This document shows, piece after piece, positions 28,851 through 38,295 of a stretch of DNA of 48,016 nucleotides; position 1 is the first letter of the stretch, and each line of letters starts with the position of its first letter. The notes under the pieces are model-generated. The model saw only the letters and a list, made by a program, of their open reading frames with translations, searched no databases and had not been told where the DNA came from. This DNA is from Demequina sp. (GTDB lineage Bacteria; Actinomycetota; Actinomycetes; Actinomycetales; Demequinaceae): NCBI GenBank assembly GCA_046295115.1, contig JBKBNW010000001.1:1-48016 (forward strand). The letters are read 5' to 3'. Both the position numbers and the translations under genes were made by a program.

Positions 28851-29375
28851 ATGGACACATTTCGCGACAAGGCCGGCGGGCCGATAGGTACCGATATCGA
28901 CACCTGGGTGCGCTCGTTTACGCGCATGGAATCCGGTTCCTCCGAGCTTCCTCCCCACCACCCCAACTGCCTTGGCTGTGGACCAGAGAACCCGAATGGT
29001 CACTTCCTCTCGGTACGGCGTGACGGAGACGGCGTCGTCGCACACCACCAGTTCGACCAGCGCCACGTCGGGGCACCCGGCATTGCACACGGCGGCGCGG
29101 TAGCGACCGTGATTGACGACCTCTTCGGCTTCTTGCTCTATTCGGTCGGCGAGCTCGCCGTGACGCGCCGTCTCGAGCTCGAGTATCTTGCGCCAGCACT
29201 ACTCGACACCCCGTACATCCTGCGCGCTGCAGTTCGGTCTCGCGATGGCCGGAAATTGGACCTCACGTCCACGATGGAGGATGCAGAGGGCCGCACTGTT
29301 ATTACTGCCACTGCCCTGTTCATCGTGGTCGAGGTTGAACACTTTTTGCAGTCACAGAGAAACTCGAGGGCTTAG
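28851..29375 (+). CDS. PaaI-family (hotdog) thioesterase
   Basis: CLGCGPENPNG, GAPGIAHGGAVATVIDD. Confidence 0.88.
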   Translation: MDTFRDKAGGPIGTDIDTWVRSFTRMESGSSELPPHHPNCLGCGPENPNGHFLSVRRDGDGVVAHHQFDQRHVGAPGIAHGGAVATVIDDLFGFLLYSVGELAVTRRLELEYLAPALLDTPYILRAAVRSRDGRKLDLTSTMEDAEGRTVITATALFIVVEVEHFLQSQRNSRA

Positions 29376-29524
29376 GCCAAACTCACCGCCGCGAGCACCA
29401 GGCCCGAATACGTCGAGGATGTCGGCGGAGCCTGAAGATATTGAACGCCACGCCCAAAGAACGGGCGAAGCGGAAGGCACCGTGCATCGCCAGTTGCCCT
29501 GTACGAGTCAACCAAGAGGCAGCG

Positions 29525-30526
29525 CTACCTACGACGGAACCCCGTCGGCGGGTGGCCGGTCCAGTGCTTGAAAGCGTGTGAAAAGCTGGCGAGGTCGCTG
29601 TAACCGAGGTCCGTGGCGATCTCGCTCGCGGACACAGATCCGTCCAGTAAACGAAGAATCGCGTACTCACGAATGACCGACTGGCGCAGTCCGCGATAGG
29701 TCATCCCTTCCTCAGAGAGGCGCCGCTTAAGTGTGCTCGTAGAGATGGAGAGTTCGTCTGCAATCCACTGACTTCCACAATCTGCGGGACGCTTCTCTAT
29801 CAGACGTCTCACCTTGTCCGAATACGAGGCGATTTTACTCCGCTCGTCGAGCCTTCGCTGCAAGTCACCGCTAGCGAGTCGATACGCCACGGGGTCAGAG
29901 AACCGGCAGACGTGATTGACCGCGTCAACGGGAAAATGCAGAATGGACAGTGAAGCGTCAAATACCAGGCGACCAGCTAACCAATCCTGATCCACGGGCA
30001 GACCTTCCGGAGCGGGCCAACCCAGTGAGAGTGTGATGTCTGGTGCATCGCCAACGAGTATATTCAGCAGCCTCAGCAGGACCGCACCACAGTAGGTGAC
30101 CACTAGGGAGTCTAGGACTCGATCGCCCGTCTGCCCATTGAGCGCGACAGACACTCCGTGTCCACCTGCGTAGAACTGCGCACTCAGGGCTGGGGTTATT
30201 AGCGGCAGGTAGGCAAGCAATTCCAATATCTCGCCTGCGGAACCTGCGCTTACTAGTGGGACGCTTAATGGTCCGAAGGACGTCAGATGAGCATGCTGGG
30301 CGAACGCCAAACCGAGGGTCGTTGCTTGGTCGACGTCGAGGTCGGGCAAGGCTTCCCTGATCCACCGCAGGGGAACTTGGGCGTTGATGGCAAGAAGTGA
30401 CTCGACGTCGCTTCGCTCACGATCCATGATCTCGCGAAACCGTGCAACGGCGTCTTGCTCCAGAACTGGGCTCTCAAGTAACTGCGCGAACACGAGCGGT
30501 GGCACGCCCTCGCGATCAAGATTCAT
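29525..30526 (-). CDS. AraC-family regulator divergent from the CYP153 operon
   Basis: C-terminal STSTLKRRL...LGYSDLASFSHAFKHWTG. This arrangement is typical of CYP153 clusters. Confidence 0.9.
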   Translation of the reverse strand: MNLDREGVPPLVFAQLLESPVLEQDAVARFREIMDRERSDVESLLAINAQVPLRWIREALPDLDVDQATTLGLAFAQHAHLTSFGPLSVPLVSAGSAGEILELLAYLPLITPALSAQFYAGGHGVSVALNGQTGDRVLDSLVVTYCGAVLLRLLNILVGDAPDITLSLGWPAPEGLPVDQDWLAGRLVFDASLSILHFPVDAVNHVCRFSDPVAYRLASGDLQRRLDERSKIASYSDKVRRLIEKRPADCGSQWIADELSISTSTLKRRLSEEGMTYRGLRQSVIREYAILRLLDGSVSASEIATDLGYSDLASFSHAFKHWTGHPPTGFRRR

Positions 30527-30644
30527 CGCCCCCGCCTTCTGAGCCAAATTAACAAGCTTCTGCCCTCAATCAACCTAGCCGCAGTCGTCGTTGTTAGCAA
30601 TGCTGTGAGCAGCTATTACCCGAACAACCATGCAGGAGCCAGCG

Positions 30645-30965
30645 ATGACAGTCGTAACCTTCGTCTCACATGAGGGAGAGAAGCACGTGGTGCCCTTAGA
30701 GGAGGGGCAGTCACTCATGCGGATCGCCGTCAACAACGCGGTGCCCGGGATTGACGCTGACTGCGGAGGCGAAGCCGCGTGCGGCACGTGTCATGTCATC
30801 GTTGATCCGCAGTGGTCCGAACAGGTCGGCCTCTCGGGAGCAAGTGAAGAGGAAATGCTCGCAATGAACCCGGAAAGGCTGCCGACCTCTCGACTGTCGT
30901 GCCAGATGACCGCGTCCGCGGATTGGGACGGCCTGGTCGTCCAGGTGCCAGAGTTCCAGATGTAA
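30645..30965 (+). CDS. [2Fe-2S] ferredoxin (putidaredoxin-like)
   Basis: DADCGGEAACGTCHV...SRLSCQ. Confidence 0.95.
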   Translation: MTVVTFVSHEGEKHVVPLEEGQSLMRIAVNNAVPGIDADCGGEAACGTCHVIVDPQWSEQVGLSGASEEEMLAMNPERLPTSRLSCQMTASADWDGLVVQVPEFQM

Positions 30966-30985
30966 CGACGAAGGGATCAAGAGTC

Positions 30986-32377
30986 GTGTCAAGCAATCAT
31001 GTAGAAGTCGGGGACAGAATCCGGTCGGCCATCCCGATGGATCTTCAGATCCGGGGCGCCCATCTGTACGACAGGACTCGGCGCTGGGTGACAAGGACGA
31101 ATGGGAAGAAGCTCTTCGTAGAGAGTCCCATTCCTCCCGTCGAGGATGTCGAGCTCGCCGACATCGACCTCAGTAATCCCTTTCTCTATCGCCAAGGCCG
31201 CTGGCAGTCCTACTATGAGCGCCTGCGAAACGAGGCTCCGGTCCACTTTCAGCCCAACAGTGCGTTCGGGCCGTTCTGGTCAGTGACCCGACATGAAGAC
31301 ATCATCGCGGTCGATAAGAACCATGAGGTCTTCTCCGCCGAGCCGATGATAGTGATCGGGGCCCCGCCTCGTTTTCTCGATATTGAGATGTTCATCGCGA
31401 TGGACCCACCGCGCCACGACGTGCAGCGAGCAGCTGTGCAGGGGGTGGTGGCGCCGAAGAACCTGCGCGAGATGGAGACGCTCATTCGGTCTCGGGTTCG
31501 CGAGGTACTAGACGACTTGCCGGTGAATCAGCCGTTCGATTGGGTCCAGGCTGTCTCGATCGAACTGACAGCTCGAATGCTCGCGACGCTCTTGGACTTC
31601 CCATACGAGGAACGTCACAAACTCGTGTACTGGTCAGATATTGCAACTTCGTTCGAGGAAGCGAACGGTGGTCCTGCGGACCTCGACGAGACGTTCGACG
31701 GAATGCGCGAGATGGCGAGCGGTCTGAGTTCTCTGTGGTACGACAAGAAGGCTCGGTTAGCAGAGGGGGAGGAACCCGGTTTCGACCTGGTCACCATGCT
31801 GCAGAGCAACGAGAACACCAAGGATCTGATCGACCGCCCGATGGAATTCATGGGCAACTTTGTGCTGTTGATCGTCGGAGGGAACGACACGACCCGGAAC
31901 TCGATGAGTGGTGGCGTTCTGGCGCTGAACCGGTTCCCAGACCAGTTCGAAAAGCTCAAGTCCAACCCTGACCTGATCCCCAACATGGTCTCCGAGATAA
32001 TCCGGTGGCAAACGCCGCTGGCCTACATGCGCCGAATCGCCAAGACTGACACTATCTTGAACGGTCAGTTCATCCGTAAGGGTGACAAGGTCGTGATGTG
32101 GTACGCCTCAGGCAACCGCGACGAGCGTGTGTTCGAGCGGCCCGATGACTTCATCATCGACCGGGCCAACGTCCGCAACCACATCTCCTTCGGGTTCGGC
32201 GTACACCGGTGCATGGGCAACCGACTGGCCGAAATGCAGCTGCGGATCCTCTGGGAAGAGCTGCTCCCCCGCTTCGAGAACATCGAGGTCGTCGGCGAAC
32301 CCGAGTACGTGCAGTCCAACTTCGTGCGGGGTATCAGCAAGATGATGGTGCGCCTCACCCCGAAATCCGGAACATGA
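30986..32377 (+). CDS. cyp153: Cytochrome P450, CYP153 family (terminal alkane hydroxylase)
   Basis: MFIAMDPP, LLIVGGNDTT, EIIRWQTP, heme motif FGFGVHRCMG. Confidence 0.93.
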   Translation: MSSNHVEVGDRIRSAIPMDLQIRGAHLYDRTRRWVTRTNGKKLFVESPIPPVEDVELADIDLSNPFLYRQGRWQSYYERLRNEAPVHFQPNSAFGPFWSVTRHEDIIAVDKNHEVFSAEPMIVIGAPPRFLDIEMFIAMDPPRHDVQRAAVQGVVAPKNLREMETLIRSRVREVLDDLPVNQPFDWVQAVSIELTARMLATLLDFPYEERHKLVYWSDIATSFEEANGGPADLDETFDGMREMASGLSSLWYDKKARLAEGEEPGFDLVTMLQSNENTKDLIDRPMEFMGNFVLLIVGGNDTTRNSMSGGVLALNRFPDQFEKLKSNPDLIPNMVSEIIRWQTPLAYMRRIAKTDTILNGQFIRKGDKVVMWYASGNRDERVFERPDDFIIDRANVRNHISFGFGVHRCMGNRLAEMQLRILWEELLPRFENIEVVGEPEYVQSNFVRGISKMMVRLTPKSGT

Positions 32378-33594
32378 CATCGCAGCGAGCCCTCATCATC
32401 GGTGCCAGCCATGCCGGAGCCCAACTCGCGGCGAGCCTACGGCAGGACGGGTGGAGCGGTGAGATCGTCCTCATCGGCGAGGAGCCCACGGTGCCCTACC
32501 AGCGCCCGCCACTGTCGAAGGCGTATCTCGCCGGGAAAACCACCCTCGACGAGATCACCATCCGCAGTTCGGACTTCTACTCCAAGCAGCGAATCCAGCT
32601 TCTCAACGCGCACGTGGAGGCGATCGACCGCTCGGCTGGGCACATCGTTATGAGCACCGGCGACACACTGACATACGACAAGCTCGCGCTGTGCACGGGA
32701 GCCCGCCCTCGTCAGCTCCGCGTTCCTGGGGCCGAGCTCGCCGGGGTCCATTACCTTCGTACCGCCGCAGACGTCGAGTTGATCCGCACGTCCGCCGCCC
32801 CCGGGCGGCGGGTGGTGATCGTCGGGGGCGGCTACATCGGACTTGAGACGGCCGCCTCACTACGGGCACTGGGCCTGGAAGTCACCGTGCTCGAGGCGAC
32901 CACTCGCGTCCTCGAGCGGGTCACTGCTCCCGACGTATCAACGTTCTTCGAGCGGATCCACCGAGAGGAGGGCATCGATATCCGAACGGGCGCCAAAGTC
33001 GCAGCATTAGTCGGAGACGATTGCGTCCGCGAGGTCACACTATCTACTGGCGAGTCGATTCCGACTGATCTGGTCATCGTGGGTATCGGTGTTGAACCGA
33101 GAACAGAACTCGCCGAGGCGGCGGGCTTGACCCTGAACGATGGTGTGGTGATCGACGAGCACGCCCGAACCAGTGACCCAGCCATCGTTGCCGCCGGAGA
33201 CTGTGCCAGCAAGTACATCTCTCGATACGGTCGCCGAGTCCGGCTGGAGTGCGTACCCGGAGCAACCGATCAGGCGAAACTCGCCGCGGCTACCCTTTGC
33301 GGGAAGTCCAAGAGCGCAGTGTCGCTGCCCTGGTTCTGGTCAGATCAATACGATCTCAAGCTGCAGATCGCCGGTCTCAACACCGGTTACGACGAAGTCG
33401 TCCTCAGCGGTGACCCCACCCGGGACCGCGACTTCAGCTGCTTCTACCTCCGTGATGGCGAACTCCTTGCTGCAGACTGCATCAATCGTCCCCGTGATTT
33501 CATGCTCAGCAAACAGGTCATCACACAGCAGCGTCCTTTCGTCCGGACCGATTTCGCCCATACGGGTTCTCCCGATTCCTTGCGCAATGGGTAA
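32374..33594 (+). CDS. Ferredoxin-NAD(+) reductase
   Basis: IIGASHAG, PYQRPPLSK, GGGYIGLE, PWFWSDQY. Confidence 0.95.
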   Translation: MTSQRALIIGASHAGAQLAASLRQDGWSGEIVLIGEEPTVPYQRPPLSKAYLAGKTTLDEITIRSSDFYSKQRIQLLNAHVEAIDRSAGHIVMSTGDTLTYDKLALCTGARPRQLRVPGAELAGVHYLRTAADVELIRTSAAPGRRVVIVGGGYIGLETAASLRALGLEVTVLEATTRVLERVTAPDVSTFFERIHREEGIDIRTGAKVAALVGDDCVREVTLSTGESIPTDLVIVGIGVEPRTELAEAAGLTLNDGVVIDEHARTSDPAIVAAGDCASKYISRYGRRVRLECVPGATDQAKLAAATLCGKSKSAVSLPWFWSDQYDLKLQIAGLNTGYDEVVLSGDPTRDRDFSCFYLRDGELLAADCINRPRDFMLSKQVITQQRPFVRTDFAHTGSPDSLRNG

Positions 33595-33712
33595 GCCAGT
33601 CCCGAGCGAGACTCGCACGGTCAGCGGCGGAGCCTCGACGAACGGCGCTGACATCCCACTGGCGCAGCAAGAGCCCGGTTCGTACCCGCCCGCCGTTCAG
33701 AAAGGAACTCTG

Positions 33713-34774
33713 ATGACTCGCCAGACGCTCATCGAGAACTATCCACACCGGGTCGGGGGGCACTGCGGCTCAGCCGCGATGCGAGACCTCCTGCACTGGC
33801 AAGGCCTCGGCTGGGAAGAACCGCCCGAGGAAGGTCTCGTCTTCACCCTCGGGGGGTCACTTGGCCTGTCCTACTTGCACTCGAGCGACCTCTTCCCACC
33901 GCTTTATCTGGTAGGGAGAGACTCCGATTTCGAAGTAGATCTCCCCCATCGACTGGGCGCACAGGTCCAAGTGCTCACGACCGACGATCCCCGAGAAGGA
34001 TGGTCGTGGATCAGCCAGGAGATCGATGCCGGAAGGCCAGCCCTGATATGGGGCGACATTGCAGAGTTGCCCTACCTGCGGGTTCGGCTCCAAATGAGTC
34101 GCCACGATATCGTGGTAATTGGTTACGACGAGGCGGAGAGGATCGCCTTCGTTGTTGACAACGACCGTGCCGAGGTCCAAAAGGTTTCGTTCGACGCTCT
34201 CGCTCGAGCACGGTCGTCGATGTCATTCCCACAACCGACACGTCACACCACGTACCGCATCGCCTGGCCGCATGAGTTACCAGACCTTGCGCAGGTTGCC
34301 GCAGCGGCTTTCCGTCAATCGGCAGCGAACATGCGCCACCCAACTCCGCCCGGAGTCGTCGATCTCACGACCGCGGTGAGCGGTTCCGAAGGCTTAGCAG
34401 CGGTCGCCCAGCTCGCCGCTGATGTCCGGACTTGGTCCCATCTACCGGCTGACGAACTCGAGATCCTCTTATTCAGCTTGAGCGCTTTCATCGAGAAGGC
34501 CGGCACCGGAGGTGGCCTGTTCCGAAAGCTGCTCGCTGACGGCTGCGCGGACGTGGCACGTTTGACCGGTGACCTCGCGACCGAAGATCTCGCCGTAGTC
34601 GCCAGACACTGTGCACAGACATGGACGGAGGCCGGCCGAGCCGGGATCGAGCACGAGGTCGATGTGCGTACTCGGCTGGAACGTGTGGCTTCGGCGGTTA
34701 GCCTCCTGCCCACGCTCGAGCTTCAACTGGCTGAAGCTCTGGAGTCAGCTTCGCGATCGCTTGCAGCAGCCTGA
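33713..34774 (+). CDS. BtrH N-terminal/DUF4872-like protein (papain-like Cys-His)
   Basis: GGHCGS...LPY...HDIVVIGYD...EKAGTGGGLFR. Confidence 0.75.
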   Translation: MTRQTLIENYPHRVGGHCGSAAMRDLLHWQGLGWEEPPEEGLVFTLGGSLGLSYLHSSDLFPPLYLVGRDSDFEVDLPHRLGAQVQVLTTDDPREGWSWISQEIDAGRPALIWGDIAELPYLRVRLQMSRHDIVVIGYDEAERIAFVVDNDRAEVQKVSFDALARARSSMSFPQPTRHTTYRIAWPHELPDLAQVAAAAFRQSAANMRHPTPPGVVDLTTAVSGSEGLAAVAQLAADVRTWSHLPADELEILLFSLSAFIEKAGTGGGLFRKLLADGCADVARLTGDLATEDLAVVARHCAQTWTEAGRAGIEHEVDVRTRLERVASAVSLLPTLELQLAEALESASRSLAAA

Positions 34775-34945
34775 CTAATCGGGAAGTCAAAACTGGACGG
34801 TAGAAGTTCCGGCCGCACTCAGACTGCAGCGGATGGCTCGCCGCAGCACGCACCGAAACGACCGGGCTCTAGGGTTGCCTCGCCACCTCCCCAGCGACCT
34901 CGGCGATCGAGCGGTCACGCCCATCCGACAAGAAGAAGCCCCGAT

Positions 34946-35471
34946 TTAGCGAGATCCGCCGGCGCCAGGGCGGTTCAGGCCGTGGCTGGATTCGGCCGGG
35001 ATGGGTTCGCCTCCCTGCTTGCGGGCAGCAAGAAAATCATCAACGAGTTGCACGCATCCGTCGTGGTCGACGGTGCAGAGCCCAGTAAGGCGAGCGAACA
35101 CGACGGGACCCAGGAGTTGAACGATCGCGAAGGTGGTGTCGACGTTGCCGAGCTGTGCTCGAACGTCAGGCTGTGTGAGGATGCGGTCAAAGGGCTGCCG
35201 GTATTCCTCGATGACTCGACTGCGCAGTGAGGTGATCGCGGCCGAATCGGCAGGATCGCTGCCGCCGACTGATCCGATTGACAGCCAAGCCAGAGTTGTA
35301 ATGTTCAGCGGCGCCTGGTCAATCAGGTCAGCTTGGGCCGTGAGAAGCGCGATGAGTTGGTCGCGTACCGACCCACTGGCGGTAGAGACCTCGACGCGAG
35401 GCAACAGCCGCTCGAAGGACGCTGCAAGCAACTGGGCGGTGCCGCCGAAATGCCGATAGAGCGTGGCCCGC
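34946..35471 (-). pseudogene. TetR-family regulator, 5'-truncated by IS110
   Basis: Begins mid-HTH at RATLYRHF immediately after the IS110 end. Confidence 0.8.
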
Positions 35472-36366
35472 GGGCGTGATGCTCCTATTGGTGTCAAGCC
35501 GCGAGACTGAGTGTTTGCTGGGTGTTGAGCCATTCGCGGTAGGCGGTGGCGAGGGCGAGATTGAGTCGGGTGCCGCGTTCGAGTTCGCTGATGCGGGCGG
35601 CGACGGTACCGAGGTGCTCGGCGGCCTGGGCGAGGGTAAGTCCGCGCTCTTGTCGGAGGGACCGGAGGTCGTCGATCCTCGGGACGGGTGAGGGGTGGAC
35701 GAGCAGGTGCCAAGCCTGGCGTGCGATGGCTCGTTTGAGGCAGCGGAGGACGTCTTTCTTGCTTTTGCCAGCGGCGGTGAGCTTAGCGGCGTAAGCCTTT
35801 GTGCGCGGGTCTGTGGATAGGCGAACGAGCGCGACCTGGTGCAACGCCCAGTTGGCTTGGCGGTCGCCGCCTCGATTGAGGCGATGCCGAGTGGTCTTCC
35901 CGGAGCTGGCGGGGATCGGGGCTGCGCCGCAGAGCGCAGCGAGGGACGCTTCGGAGTGGAGCCGGTCGGGGTTGTCACCGGCGGTGATCAGCAGGGTCGC
36001 AGTGGTGATGACGCCGAATCCTGGGGTGGCGAGCATCGCGGGCGCGACGCGCGTAACCAGGGTGCGCAGCTCGATGTCGATCTCGGTGATCTCCTCGGTA
36101 AGGGCCTGATGACGGCGAGCCAGGCGGCGCAGGGCCTGCCCGGTTGCGGCGGGCACTGTGTCGGCGGCAGGACCAGGCCGCGTGGCTGCGAGTATGTCGA
36201 TCAGGTGGTCGCCGTCGAGGTGGGCGAACCGGGTCCGGACGGTATCGGGGGCAGTGATCAGCAAGGATGTGATCTGTCGGTGCGCGGCGACACGGGCTTT
36301 CATGGCGCTGCGGCGCACGGCCATCAGCACCCGGATCTGCTCGACCGAGCCGTCGGCGGTCTTCGT
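35472..36366 (-). mobile_element. IS110-family element copy A, 5'-truncated; recombinase remnant 35494-36366
   Basis: KTADGSVEQIR...AGDNPDRL...PIPASSGKT.RHRLNRGGDRQANWAL. End motif TTGACACCAATAGGAGCATC. The DEDD domain is missing. Confidence 0.9.
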
Positions 36367-36617
36367 TGTTAGGGACGTGCTTCGGATAGCAGAGTTCTGA
36401 TGATCGGGTAGCGCGAGTATGAGCATCGGATAGCGGGGCCGGTCCTCGTGTGCTCGTGTCGGTTCTACGCGTGGCAACTGGGCTGCGCGTGGATCCGAAC
36501 AGGAGGCACGGGTGACTGATTACCGATTGGTGATGTCGCTACTGCTGCAGGACAGGTCCTACCGGGACATCGAGGCGATCGCGGGCTGCTCGCACCGCAC
36601 GATCGCCAAGGCGAAGA
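36367..36617 (+). mobile_element. IS21-family left end with istA 5' fragment (from 36512)
   Basis: Starts TGTTAGGGAC. TCGG(A/G)TAGC at 36382, 36404, 36426 (22-bp period). VTDYRLVMSLLLQDRSYRDIEAIAGCSHRTIAKAK. Confidence 0.8.
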
Positions 36618-36794
36618 GGGCGTGATGCTCCTATTGGTGTCAAGCCGCGAGACTGAGTGTTTGCTGGGTATTCAGCCATTCGCGGTAGGCGGTGGCGAGG
36701 GCGACATTGAGGCGGGTGCCGCGTTCGAGTTCGCTGATGCGGGCGGCGACGGTACCGAGGTGCTCGGCGGCCTGGGCGAGGGTAAGTCCGCGCT
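36618..36794 (-). mobile_element. IS110 copy B, 177-bp 3' remnant
   Basis: Matches 35472-35648 with about 4 substitutions. Confidence 0.92.
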
Positions 36795-37215
36795 GCTCTC
36801 CATCGCCAACGCCACCGTTCTCGTCGGTAGTACCGCCAGCGGGTGGGTCCGGCGCCAGGGCGTCAGGGCGTCTCTGGTCATCGGGATGATAGCTACAGGG
36901 CTGGGACTGGCCGCAGTGGGACCGTTCGCCGGTCTGACCGCCCCGGTGGCCATTGCCCTCGCCATCTCCGGCATCGGTGCCGGGGTCCTGCAGACCGTCG
37001 GTCCGGCCATCGCAGCGGAAAAGGTGCACCCAGAAGAACGCGGAGACGCGCTAGCATTGACGGGCACCTTCCGCGCCACGGCGCTCTTCCTCTCACCGCT
37101 GGCCATGGCCGGGCTGGTCACCCTCACCCCGGTGACCGCGGCCCTGCTGGCCGCGAGCCTGCTCATCATCACCCCAGCTGCAACCCCCTGGAGATCCAAC
37201 AAAGATGTCGACTGA
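36795..37215 (+). pseudogene. MFS transporter C-terminal fragment
   Basis: Hydrophobic helices and PEERGDALALTGTFR. No 5' part. Confidence 0.7.
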
Positions 37216-37290
37216 CCGACACAGACCCCGAGGCTCGCGCTATTTGCCTCCGGTGACAAGAAAGCAAGACGTTTCGACGAGAGGCTGTCC

Positions 37291-38157
37291 ATGACGACGA
37301 AAACCCATCCGAGCGATGACCCCGCAACGGTCCCGAGGCTCCGACTGAGGCACGGGCACAGCATTCCGCATCTGGGCCTGGGCACCTGGCCACTGGTGGG
37401 GGAAGAGTGCGAGACGGCCGTCCGCTACGCCATTCAAAGCGGCTACCGGCTCGTCGACACCGCGTTCCAGTACCGCAATGAAGACGCGGTGGGACGCGGC
37501 GTCCGCACGGCAGGCGTTGCGCGTGAAGAGTTGTTCGTCTCCAGCAAGTTCAACAAGGAGTCCCACAGCGTCGACGGTGTGCAGCGGGCCTACGACCGTA
37601 GTCTCCAAGCCTTGGGCCTGGACTACCTGGACATGTTCATGTGCCACTGGCCCGTGCCGGCCTTGGACCAGTACACCGAGGCATGGAGAGGCCTCGTCAA
37701 GCTCTTGGACGAAGGCCGGGTCAAAGCGATCGGTGTCTCCAATTTCAAGCCGGACCATTTGGAGAAGGTCATTGCCGCGACCGGCGTGGTTCCCGACGTG
37801 AACCAGATCCAGCTCAGCCCCGATCTCGCACGGCTACCCCCGCGGGCAGTGCACCAGGACCTGGGCATCATCACCGAGGCCTGGAGCCCTATCGGCCGCG
37901 AATCGGGACTGCGCGACCACCCCATCGTGGTGCAGATCGCGCAACGGACAGCAAAGAGTCCGGCGCAGGTTCTGCTCCGCTGGCACGTCCAGCAAGGAAT
38001 CATCCCGATCCCGCAGGCCGCCAAACCCGAATGGCTGGTCGAGAACATCTCAGTGTTCGATTTCTCCCTGACTGCCGAGGACATGGAAGCCCTGGCGAGG
38101 TTGGACCGCGGAGAGAACGCCGCCCGCGACTCCGACTCCCCCGAGAACGGCCACTGA
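37291..38157 (+). CDS. phtB: Phthalate cis-3,4-dihydrodiol dehydrogenase (aldo/keto reductase family)
   Basis: LGLGTW, DTAFQY, SSK, CHWP, IGVSNF. Gene order matches the Arthrobacter-type pht operon. Confidence 0.85.
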   Translation: MTTKTHPSDDPATVPRLRLRHGHSIPHLGLGTWPLVGEECETAVRYAIQSGYRLVDTAFQYRNEDAVGRGVRTAGVAREELFVSSKFNKESHSVDGVQRAYDRSLQALGLDYLDMFMCHWPVPALDQYTEAWRGLVKLLDEGRVKAIGVSNFKPDHLEKVIAATGVVPDVNQIQLSPDLARLPPRAVHQDLGIITEAWSPIGRESGLRDHPIVVQIAQRTAKSPAQVLLRWHVQQGIIPIPQAAKPEWLVENISVFDFSLTAEDMEALARLDRGENAARDSDSPENGH

Positions 38158-38201
38158 CCCTTGCCGCACCCACCCTTACCTGGCACGAAGAGCGGGAGGG
38201 G

Positions 38202-38230
38202 TTGACGTAGATCACAAAATACGGCATTCT
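38202..38230 (+). promoter_or_regulatory. Putative housekeeping-sigma promoter upstream of phtAa
   Basis: TTGACG-17 nt-CATTCT. Confidence 0.5.
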
Positions 38231-38295
38231 CTTCACGACAGAGTGGCCCTCTACTCTGCAGACTGATTGATCGCTGGTCGAGAAGGAGCTCTCCC

